A stretch of DNA of 64,000 nt from a virus. Shown piece after piece: positions 18,108 through 25,946 of this stretch. The stretch spans positions 1 to 64,000 of IMG/VR virus record IMGVR_UViG_3300036790_000386. One strand, written 5' to 3'. A program made the position numbers and the translations under genes. Numbering within the stretch: position 1 is the first letter of the stretch; each line of letters begins with the position of its first letter. The notes below the pieces were generated by a model. That model worked only from the letters and a program-made list of their open reading frames with translations, was not told the DNA's origin and searched no databases.

Positions 18108-18437
18108 ATGCATATGTTTGATGAAAGCAGACCACAAATTAATGGTCTACCTGCTTACGGAAATCCAGCTATTGCAGTTCTACCAAGATTAAACATCACG
18201 CCAAATCGCGGTGAAACTGTCACAATTTCAGTTATCTTAGCGATTGATTGTTTAATTTTTAGTGAATTTAAAGTCTTAGTCTCTGAAGAACGGCTTGAAG
18301 GACTTCTACAGGATTATCGTTCTGACCCTGAAACATTCTTAAAAATTCTTTTTGGTTATGAAAGCCCAAAGAAGTTAACAATGATAGTCAAGCCTCAGAT
18401 TAAAAAAGTTGAACTTGATATAAGTGATTTTCTTTAA
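18108..18437 (+). CDS. hypothetical protein
   Basis: 109 aa; ends LDISDFL. Confidence 0.6.
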   Translation: MHMFDESRPQINGLPAYGNPAIAVLPRLNITPNRGETVTISVILAIDCLIFSEFKVLVSEERLEGLLQDYRSDPETFLKILFGYESPKKLTMIVKPQIKKVELDISDFL

Positions 18438-18556
18438 TGACAAAAGTTCCAGAGTAAGATGGCCGAGGCTACACAGACCGTGAAACTGCTGATCTGAGAC
18501 AAAAAGTAAGACTTACAAAAATTTTCATAATTAAATCTTAAGAAAGAATATAATAA

Positions 18557-18754
18557 ATGCGTAAGTTGACTTGTACTACCTGCAATGGATTTGGCACTGT
18601 TCGTCGTTTTGGCTCATGCACTGATTGTAAAGGCAAAGGCCACTTTATAGTAGATACGCCAAACAAAGTTATCACACTAAAATATCATGAAGCATTGATA
18701 ATGGCGCTTAAGGCACAATGTCTATTGCGGCCGGCAACTACTACCGGTGCCTAA
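18557..18754 (+). CDS. DnaJ-type Zn-finger small protein
   Basis: CxxCxGxG repeated twice. Confidence 0.6.
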   Translation: MRKLTCTTCNGFGTVRRFGSCTDCKGKGHFIVDTPNKVITLKYHEALIMALKAQCLLRPATTTGA

Positions 18755-18910
18755 AAAACATAGTATTATTCTTATGCAAGCTATAGATAAGAAGAATGAA
18801 GACAAACCTTATGAGCGTCAGTTTGTCATAAAATACTGTGCCAAATATAATGTTGAAGCAGCATATCCAGTTAACTCAGTTTATTGCACAATATGCAGAA
18901 AGCAACTCTC

Positions 18911-19177
18911 ATGAAATCTTTCACAGCAGATATTCGTGTTTTGGGCGGTTTGCCTGTAACAATCAAATTTTATATAGCACCGCCAGATCCTGATGTCGGT
19001 ATCTTTAATAGCTATATTGATGATTGGGAAATCATCAGAATCAATGATCGAAAATGCAAAAGCGCTAACTGGCTTATTAAACGTATCGAAGCCAATAAGA
19101 AAGAAGTAGAACGCATTGAAGAAGAATTAATGTGTTCTATTCCTGGACCTGAAGATCGCGATCGCGACGACTATTAA
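18911..19177 (+). CDS. hypothetical phage protein
   Basis: VLGGLPVT..PPDPDVGI; ATG 18911. Confidence 0.6.
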   Translation: MKSFTADIRVLGGLPVTIKFYIAPPDPDVGIFNSYIDDWEIIRINDRKCKSANWLIKRIEANKKEVERIEEELMCSIPGPEDRDRDDY

Positions 19178-19205
19178 TTCAATCTCAAACAAATAAGAAT
19201 TTTTC

Positions 19206-19679
19206 ATGACCATTTTCACATTTTTTGAAGTAAAAACCCTTATCAATGATGCTATTCCTAAAAATGCAGATAAAGATATTGTACGTACTGCATTACTTTC
19301 ACTTATAACACCAAGACTTGAATTAACAATTGAGTGTCTTTCAAAATCAATACAGGATTTAATTCCCGAAAACATTGCAGCAGAAAGTATAATTAATGTT
19401 ATTGTTGATGCTCTTGTTACGCAATCACTTGCGCGTACAGGTTCTGATTATTTAATTCAAAATTTACGCCACATTCAGCAATTAATTTACGTCGAATACA
19501 TGAAAACATTACTATTTGCAATTGCAGATGTTGATGGTTTCAAAAGCACGCATCTTGCAGAACTTAACCGTTTAGCTTTCAGCGATGAAGAAAGTGCGTT
19601 TATCGACCAGAATAGTAAAAATATTATCACTGCATTGATGAATGGTACACAAATATCAGAATTACTCTCTAAAAACTAA
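19206..19679 (+). CDS. hypothetical protein
   Basis: 157 aa ORF. Confidence 0.55.
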   Translation: MTIFTFFEVKTLINDAIPKNADKDIVRTALLSLITPRLELTIECLSKSIQDLIPENIAAESIINVIVDALVTQSLARTGSDYLIQNLRHIQQLIYVEYMKTLLFAIADVDGFKSTHLAELNRLAFSDEESAFIDQNSKNIITALMNGTQISELLSKN

Positions 19680-19723
19680 ATTAGTAGAATTGTTCTGCTA
19701 ATCAATTAAAGAAAGTTGGATTA

Positions 19724-20023
19724 ATGTCTGAGACTCCGATGAACCTTAAACGGAACGTTTTGCCAATTCCAGGTGGGCTTAAAGCCGTCTATAATTTTAC
19801 TGATGGCACCTTTCTTGGCGAAATTGTTTGTATTACTGTTGGACCAACCGGCCCGCAAAATTTACCTGCTTTATTGCTGGATTTTGCAAATGCACTCAAT
19901 GACGCAGCAAAAGCAGCAAAAGAAGCTAATGATGCAAAAATTGCTAAAGCTAATGAAGGAATGGCAGCTACAGCTGTTTCACTTGATGCTCAATCTGAGC
20001 CAGAAAGTAACTCTGGACCATAA
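19724..20023 (+). CDS. hypothetical protein
   Basis: 99 aa ORF with Ala/Lys-rich tail. Confidence 0.55.
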   Translation: MSETPMNLKRNVLPIPGGLKAVYNFTDGTFLGEIVCITVGPTGPQNLPALLLDFANALNDAAKAAKEANDAKIAKANEGMAATAVSLDAQSEPESNSGP

Positions 20024-20057
20024 TTGCTGGACCATAATTGCTGGACAATAATTGCTG
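20013..20057. repeat. tandem 14-bp repeat x3
   Basis: CTGGACCATAATTG, CTGGACCATAATTG, CTGGACAATAATTG, CTG. Confidence 0.9.
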
Positions 20058-20082
20058 CTCCATTTAAAGCTGGATTTAATTA

Positions 20083-20670
20083 ATGACTAAAGCTATAACT
20101 GAAGATCAAAAATCCCAGTTAAAAGAACTTTGGCTAAAACATACCCCAAAAACTGTAATTGCTAAAAAGCTTAATATGTCTGTTCAAGCAATTTCAACTT
20201 GGGGCGAGTTGCAAAATTTACCTCCATATGTAAAGCGTAAAAATACTCCAGTCTGTGCTAAAGATTGGCCTGAAAGTTTTAAAGAAAAATTTCGTAAACT
20301 TTACTCTAATAAAGATAATACTTATCAAGACATAATTAAAGCTTTAAACGATAAACAGTGCTGCAATTCACGACATATTCGTCTAGCGCTTCATTATTTG
20401 AACATTACACCACAATCTCTTAATAAGGTAGATAGAGATGCCAGAAGGAATCAAAAAGAGCTTCAAGAAATTCAAAAAAGAGCTAAAACTTCGCAAGAAA
20501 AAAAAATTGAAGTGCCGTCTGACGCTCATAATTGGGACACACAAGGAAGATGTCGAATTTGCCTTAAGTGCCAAGAAAAGCAATATAAATCAACCCGTCA
20601 TTGTATCCAAGGTGGACATCTTTTAAGCTGGCTTCCAGCAATATCCCCAACATGCAGCAAAAAGAAATAA
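20083..20670 (+). CDS. HTH DNA-binding protein with C-terminal Cys motif
   Basis: LKELWL..IAKKLNMSVQAIS HTH; second W-x-E repeat; CxxC. Confidence 0.6.
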   Translation: MTKAITEDQKSQLKELWLKHTPKTVIAKKLNMSVQAISTWGELQNLPPYVKRKNTPVCAKDWPESFKEKFRKLYSNKDNTYQDIIKALNDKQCCNSRHIRLALHYLNITPQSLNKVDRDARRNQKELQEIQKRAKTSQEKKIEVPSDAHNWDTQGRCRICLKCQEKQYKSTRHCIQGGHLLSWLPAISPTCSKKK

Positions 20671-20674
20671 ATAA

Positions 20675-21310
20675 ATGATAAAATTTCAAAAAATTCTTAT
20701 TTACGGTGTAGTATCGCTGTATGCAACAATGCTGCTTGCAGCTTACACCAATAAACTAAATCTCCATGAAACATTAACACTGACATTTTTGCCAGCTATT
20801 CTTTTGCTTTATTTTTATCCAACAATTTATGCTTTTAAACTTAATAGATCATTTGTCATTCCTGTTTTATTGGTTAATACATTTTTTGGTTGGACTATAG
20901 TTGGCTGGCTATTAGCTCTATATGGCGCAATTAATAAAAAAGAAACAGAAAGCAGTGCTAAGGTTTTAAAAGAAAGACAAGCTGCATTTAATGCGTTAGG
21001 CGCTTTGATGCTTTTTGCAATTTTACTCTTTATTTTGCAATCATTGGGAATTTTTGTTCATAGCTTTAATTTCATGAACCAAGATGCAACAGATTATTTA
21101 TTTTGGGGTCTGTTAATTGGTTTGTATTTTCTTCCAACATACATTGCATATAAATGCAAATCCAACATTATTCAAGTCATTTTTCTGTTAAATATCTTTC
21201 TTGGTTTAACTGGCATTGGTTGGTTATTCTGTGTTGCTCTTGGAATTTGGAGTGGAGCCAGAAGAATTATTATTATAGATAATATAAATCAACTTCATAA
21301 AGAAGATTAA
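20675..21310 (+). CDS. tandem superinfection immunity (T4 Imm-like) membrane protein
   Basis: Two copies of LYFxPT.IA...N.F.G.T..GW. Confidence 0.8.
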   Translation: MIKFQKILIYGVVSLYATMLLAAYTNKLNLHETLTLTFLPAILLLYFYPTIYAFKLNRSFVIPVLLVNTFFGWTIVGWLLALYGAINKKETESSAKVLKERQAAFNALGALMLFAILLFILQSLGIFVHSFNFMNQDATDYLFWGLLIGLYFLPTYIAYKCKSNIIQVIFLLNIFLGLTGIGWLFCVALGIWSGARRIIIIDNINQLHKED

Positions 21311-21322
21311 GGAGAAACTAAC

Positions 21323-21751
21323 GTGCGCAGAAGTGAAGAAATTGTCAGTAGATACAAAGAATTAAGTAAAAATGAACATGAAGATTCATTTGGAATTCAA
21401 CGGACAAATTTACTAAAATTTTTACCATTTAGTACAATTAAAACATATCTTCGTCCAGATTTTCCAGAAGAAGCTCGTGATATGTGGGACTGGAAGCCAG
21501 TAACAGAAGAAACTGTTAAACAAATCATTTTTGACTATATGCCATTTGCTTGGAAAAAAGCCAACCAACGGCGCAGTGTTCCTGCAATACGCTCATTGGA
21601 GCATATGAAAATCTGGTTATGGTTGCTTGAAGATACTCTTGCAGATCAACTGGAATATTATCAGTTTTACGGCAAAGACAAACTAGAAATGATCTGCAAC
21701 AAGTTCAACTGGTGCTGGGAAAAGTGGGACAATGGTGAAAGATTTAACTGA
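21323..21751 (+). CDS. hypothetical phage protein
   Basis: AGGAG RBS, GTG start; YMPFAWKKA..RS..H..W.W..YGK. Confidence 0.65.
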   Translation: MRRSEEIVSRYKELSKNEHEDSFGIQRTNLLKFLPFSTIKTYLRPDFPEEARDMWDWKPVTEETVKQIIFDYMPFAWKKANQRRSVPAIRSLEHMKIWLWLLEDTLADQLEYYQFYGKDKLEMICNKFNWCWEKWDNGERFN

Positions 21752-22194
21752 TGCACATAATTGTAGACATTGATGGTACGCTTGCAGATGGCACTCATCG
21801 CCAGCATCTAATTAAAGGTGGCCCTGATAACATAAATAAATGGAAAGATTATCAAGCTCTATCTCACCTTGATGCAGTTATTGAGCCAATTGCTCATGTA
21901 GTTAGACAGCTTTATTGTGCAAAGAATACTATATTAATTTGCACCGGCCGCCAACAGTTTGAACGAGCCGCAACGGTCAAGTGGCTTGGAGAGAACTCTA
22001 TACCATTCCATGAAATATTTATGCGCACTTCTAACGATTTCAGACACGATGATATTATTAAAGAAGAATTACTGGATTACATGCTTACGCAAGGATTTTT
22101 GCCTCAGCTTGTTTTCGAGGATCGTCAGTGTTGTGTTGATCTATGGAGACGCAGAGGATTAGTTTGTTGTCAGGTAGCTCCAGGTAATTTTTAA
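21751..22194 (+). CDS. HAD phosphatase (PNKP 3'-phosphatase-like)
   Basis: DIDGTL, CTGR, MR..DFRHDDIIKEE, FEDR. Confidence 0.88.
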   Translation: MHIIVDIDGTLADGTHRQHLIKGGPDNINKWKDYQALSHLDAVIEPIAHVVRQLYCAKNTILICTGRQQFERAATVKWLGENSIPFHEIFMRTSNDFRHDDIIKEELLDYMLTQGFLPQLVFEDRQCCVDLWRRRGLVCCQVAPGNF

Positions 22195-22236
22195 AGCACA
22201 ACTCAAACCTAATCTTAAAAAGAAAGCTAAACGTAA

Positions 22237-22659
22237 ATGAGAATCGAAGAAAAACTCTTTTATCTTGAAGAAATGATAAAAGAAATAGGTATAACAATTA
22301 ATTCAAATTGGCCAGATATTTCTCGTGAATTTCCACAGTTAAAGTATAGAACCAAAGAACAAGGTGTTTGGTATTATGGCTACAGATGCGCTATGCGTGA
22401 TATATTTATGTATTTAATTGAAGAAACTGAAGAAGAAAAAGAAAAATCTGAAAAAGATTGTGCGCAGCTTGAAGATCTTGTAACTGAAAATGAAAGACTC
22501 AGAACAGCTTTGCTAACACTTTGGACTAATGATACTATAACTTTTGGATTTGGACATGAACAAGAAACTGCTATAATTCCAGACGCAATTAAAAATTTCG
22601 CAGGAAGTATTTTATATCCAAGCCAAAATAAAATTTCACTTAAGGAGCCAAAAAAATAA
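22237..22659 (+). CDS. hypothetical protein
   Basis: 140 aa with a coiled-coil segment. Confidence 0.55.
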   Translation: MRIEEKLFYLEEMIKEIGITINSNWPDISREFPQLKYRTKEQGVWYYGYRCAMRDIFMYLIEETEEEKEKSEKDCAQLEDLVTENERLRTALLTLWTNDTITFGFGHEQETAIIPDAIKNFAGSILYPSQNKISLKEPKK

Positions 22660-22928
22660 TGGCTACATATGATGAAGCGAAAGAAGCAGTTAGTGAAGGC
22701 TTTATCGCTAAGCGCGAAGCTTGGGAAGATGATCAGGCGATTGTTTTAGCTTTATTTGGAAATAAATTTGGCTTCCCTGTCTATATTAACGATGGGCGCT
22801 TGCATGATCAAACAGGCTTCATTAAGCGTTATTATGCGAATTCTGATGATAAAGCTGCTACGGATTGGGTGTGGCAAAAGGCACAATATTCGCTTGAAGA
22901 TACAGTTTCACCAAATCTATTAAACTAA
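22659..22928 (+). CDS. DUF2829 / Tad2-like protein
   Basis: N-terminal Y-x-EA-x-EA-x3-G-x3-KR-x-x-W and C-terminal Y-x-AN-x-DD-x-x-ATDW resemble the DUF2829 end motifs. Confidence 0.5.
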   Translation: MATYDEAKEAVSEGFIAKREAWEDDQAIVLALFGNKFGFPVYINDGRLHDQTGFIKRYYANSDDKAATDWVWQKAQYSLEDTVSPNLLN

Positions 22929-22977
22929 TGATTATATTAAAAATCTAAAACTAGAATTGTAGAGTTGGAATTCAGGC

Positions 22978-23892
22978 GTGAAAAAAAATATCGAACAAGC
23001 CACCTTGATGATCCAAGCTTTTGAAAGCGTTGGATGCAACTATTTTACCCTAGTAGCAGAAAAAAATAATGAAACAGTATTTATTCGCCGTGCTGTTGAT
23101 GCAGAATTTATCAAGCTTAATCTCAGAAACGACCTTGAACATGCTGCTAGGGTATCTTGTAATCTGCACCTTCGACCCTATTCTCGATTATATTATTTGG
23201 TGCAGCTTGACGATATTCGCATTTTTCCTTTTTGTGTTTGTGCGAGCCCGCTGGAGGCGGGCGAGGCGACCGCAGGTCGCGTGAATTCACCATTTATCAT
23301 TACAGAAACAAGTTCAAAAAGTTATCAATGTTGGTTAGCTTTAAATAAAAAGTTTACAGTAGACGAAACTAAGATAATTAAAAAGATTTATCAGGCGGAT
23401 TTGGGCGCTACGGGAAGCTGCCGACTGGCAGGTTCAACCAATTTTAAGGAAAAATATTCGCCAAATTTTCCAACCGTTAGAGTTGTTTTTAGTTCTTTAT
23501 ATACTCTAGCGGATTATGAAGAATTATCTACTCAGATAATTCAATTTAATGCGCGGCAAGCCGCGCCTCGGCGGCTTTCAGCCGCCTCGCACAAACACAA
23601 AAAAGAATTTAACAATATTACACCAGGCCCCAAACTAACTAGAACTCTTGCATGGCCTTTTTATTCAAAAGCTATTCAACAGAACGATGGTAGAAGAGAT
23701 GGTTGGGGTCCAGATCGAAGTAGGGCTGATTTTGCTTGGGCAATTATGGCACTGAAATTTGGGCACTCAGTTGAAGAAGTTGCAGCAAAGCTTCAACAGA
23801 TTAGTGATAAGGCAAGAGAGAAATCGGAATACGAAGCGGAGTTGTATGCCTTTAATACGGCACTGCGTGCTTCTGAGGTTTATAATAGGTGA
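22978..23892 (+). CDS. RepB'-type (RSF1010-like AEP) DNA primase with C-terminal helix bundle
   Basis: NLHLRP, VQLDD, ETSSKSYQCW, AD.GATGSCRLAGSTNFK.KY; C-terminal DRSRADFAWA..A..G...EEVAAKL...S.KA...YA..T. Confidence 0.82.
   Translation: MKKNIEQATLMIQAFESVGCNYFTLVAEKNNETVFIRRAVDAEFIKLNLRNDLEHAARVSCNLHLRPYSRLYYLVQLDDIRIFPFCVCASPLEAGEATAGRVNSPFIITETSSKSYQCWLALNKKFTVDETKIIKKIYQADLGATGSCRLAGSTNFKEKYSPNFPTVRVVFSSLYTLADYEELSTQIIQFNARQAAPRRLSAASHKHKKEFNNITPGPKLTRTLAWPFYSKAIQQNDGRRDGWGPDRSRADFAWAIMALKFGHSVEEVAAKLQQISDKAREKSEYEAELYAFNTALRASEVYNR
23231..23287 (-). repeat. twin-hairpin element, copy 3 (inverted, inside primase gene, compensatory stems, no distal box)
   Basis: Reverse complement: TTCAC-GCGACC-tgc-GGTCGC-CTC-GCCCGC-ctcca-GCGGGC-TCGCACAAACACAAA. 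Confidence 0.93.
23551..23631 (+). repeat. twin-hairpin element, copy 4 (inside primase gene, compensatory stems)
   Basis: GCGCGG-caag-CCGCGC-CTC-GGCGGCT-ttc-AGCCGCC-TCGCACAAACACAAA-14 nt-TATTACACCAGGCCCC. Confidence 0.95.
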
Positions 23893-23903
23893 AAATAAAA
23901 GAA

Positions 23904-24449
23904 TTATGGCAATAATAGGTTTGACTCGATTCTGTCAATAACAGAATGCGCCCAAGCAATATCGTCTTCGTCAATTTCGCCAAAATTACCTCCAAATGCT
24001 GATGCAGTCATCGGAAGTTCTTCACCGATTTCTGCTGCTTGCCAGATTACGTCATGCGATAGGTTTGATATACTTACAGCGGTGTGATTGGAGCAAATTG
24101 CATTAATTACCGTATCAACCAAGCTAATTTGCTCAGCTGAAAATATAGAAATATCAGGCTTCTTCAACGAGAAGAATTGCGTTTGGTTGTACACGTAGGT
24201 TGGGATCTGTCGTTCAACTAAAGCCCCTGACTTCACAAGGCGTGCGCGGGAAGCCATAATATCTCTGGGGGTCGGTCCAAATTGGCGCTTGATATACGTC
24301 GCTCCAGTTATAGAACTCCCGTATTCAGCGAAGGCAAACATGTCAGAATACCACAAAACCTTATTAAGTTTTGTAACTCCAAGTTTGTTAGGATTATCGC
24401 ACCGCGCACATATGTAGTGCGTGAGTGTGTCTAATTTCGCATGTTCCAC
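23904..24449 (-). CDS. Panacea (SocA/DUF4065) antitoxin-domain protein
   Basis: LGVTKLNKVLWYSD..YGSSITGATY....GP.P; ISNLSH..W. Confidence 0.85.
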   Translation of the reverse strand: MEHAKLDTLTHYICARCDNPNKLGVTKLNKVLWYSDMFAFAEYGSSITGATYIKRQFGPTPRDIMASRARLVKSGALVERQIPTYVYNQTQFFSLKKPDISIFSAEQISLVDTVINAICSNHTAVSISNLSHDVIWQAAEIGEELPMTASAFGGNFGEIDEDDIAWAHSVIDRIESNLLLP

Positions 24450-24671
24450 TTGCCTGACTCCGGTAGGTTTGTTCGCTTTTCATTTCGAACTATACACCAC
24501 ATTATAACAATTATAACGCGATTTGTTACCTAAATGTCGAGTCGCGGGCTCTTAATTGCGATTCGATGGTAGTGATAAGTTTGCATTTCAGACATGCAAT
24601 ATGATCAATACGCAGCAACGCCTTGGCTGTTTACTGAGTCAAGTATATTGTTACCAAACTGTTTGATTATA

Positions 24672-25076
24672 TTAGAGTAATTTAATTGCTATATGTATGA
24701 TATATTGAGCGATTAGGATAATCCCACAAATGCCAATAGCGAATGTAATCATAGCACGAACCCATGTTCGCCAGTTTGATTTACCTGCTATAAATTGCAG
24801 AGCGCAGTGGTTTGGCTGTACTGCTTTAGCAAGAAATGCGCAGAAAATACACCATCTTAACTTGCGAGGTCCGACGCGACCTTCAGGGGTGTAACCTGCC
24901 CCAATAGCAGCCCTGAGACTTACTGTTTGGCCGGCTTCACCGCCGGTCAAAACATTTATGGTTTCATCAAAAATTATACCATTAGTGTCAAGCTGTTTAA
25001 GATTTTGATTTATATAATTTTTAAATTGTTCCATAATTTTCTCGCTTAATAAATATTCAGTTTTCGCATTGAACAT
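24672..25076 (-). CDS. hypothetical membrane protein
   Basis: D..INVLTGG...TVSLR..C..C....HC motif; C-terminal TM. Confidence 0.6.
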   Translation of the reverse strand: MFNAKTEYLLSEKIMEQFKNYINQNLKQLDTNGIIFDETINVLTGGEAGQTVSLRAAIGAGYTPEGRVGPRKLRWCIFCAFLAKAVQPNHCALQFIAGKSNWRTWVRAMITFAIGICGIILIAQYIIHIAIKLL

Positions 25077-25560
25077 TCATCGTTACATCACTTGTAGTAC
25101 TAAATGTCACCGAGCCACGCGCGATGAGAAGTGTAGAAAGAGTTGTATTGCCGCCAGCGTTGCCTGTGAGTTGGTAGTCAAAGCTAACTTCTTGTGCTTG
25201 ACAGAGTACACCAGCGCCGCCAACAGAAACGTTTGATGCGAGGTGAATAGAACCGAGACAAATACCAATATCATGGGATGTTAAGCTTAATGCTGTAGAA
25301 TCAGCATAGGTGCCAGTTGGAGGAGAACTAAAAATAACCATATCTAAGCTGGAAGCAAAAGAACCGCTTGCCATATTGACACAGACATTTTGTAATTTAC
25401 CTGAAGATGGAACATTAGTTGTATTGATAAGACCGCCAACGCAATAACCAGCAGAATAAGCTGCGGTTCCTACTACAAGATTCTTAGTGATATTAAAACG
25501 TTTTGGTGCAACAATAGCAGGTTGTGCAGTAATTGGAGTTGGATTTACAGCAGTAGTCAT
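25057..25560 (-). CDS. putative virion structural protein
   Basis: AGGAG RBS; Ser/Thr/Gly-rich beta pattern; end of fibre module. Confidence 0.55.
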   Translation of the reverse strand: MTTAVNPTPITAQPAIVAPKRFNITKNLVVGTAAYSAGYCVGGLINTTNVPSSGKLQNVCVNMASGSFASSLDMVIFSSPPTGTYADSTALSLTSHDIGICLGSIHLASNVSVGGAGVLCQAQEVSFDYQLTGNAGGNTTLSTLLIARGSVTFSTTSDVTMNVQCEN

Positions 25561-25572
25561 TAAAATCTCCTG

Positions 25573-25935
25573 TTATTGGGCTTGATCTGAAGTTAAGTAT
25601 TGCCATAGAACAGCTTCACTTGTGTCTGAAGCCTGCACTACGCATGTGATGTAGTATTTGACGCCAGGGATCAAATTGCCAATCTGCTGTGCTACAGCTT
25701 GATTATCTAGTCCTGTGGTAGGGCTAGAGGTGACTACGGCCGGGCCAATAAGACGTGACATTGGCGCAGGATCATTAGTCTGACTTGAAGGCGCAATCTT
25801 GCAAGTTACAGATACTATATCGCTCACAGTTAAACTTGGATTTGTTTTAGCCCACATACTTCCAAAGTCAAAAGTAAAAACACGAGTTTCAACTATAGCA
25901 GTAAGAGGCGTTAATGAACCGATACCCTGAGTCAT
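25573..25935 (-). CDS. putative fibre-tail adaptor protein
   Basis: ETRVFTFDF...G...G..Y.ITC pattern; follows fibre genes. Confidence 0.5.
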   Translation of the reverse strand: MTQGIGSLTPLTAIVETRVFTFDFGSMWAKTNPSLTVSDIVSVTCKIAPSSQTNDPAPMSRLIGPAVVTSSPTTGLDNQAVAQQIGNLIPGVKYYITCVVQASDTSEAVLWQYLTSDQAQ

Positions 25936-25946
25936 AAAACTATTCC

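Noticed and set aside
18455-18500. tRNA-like GATGGCCGAG segment
   Set aside because: No T-arm or cloverleaf could be built.
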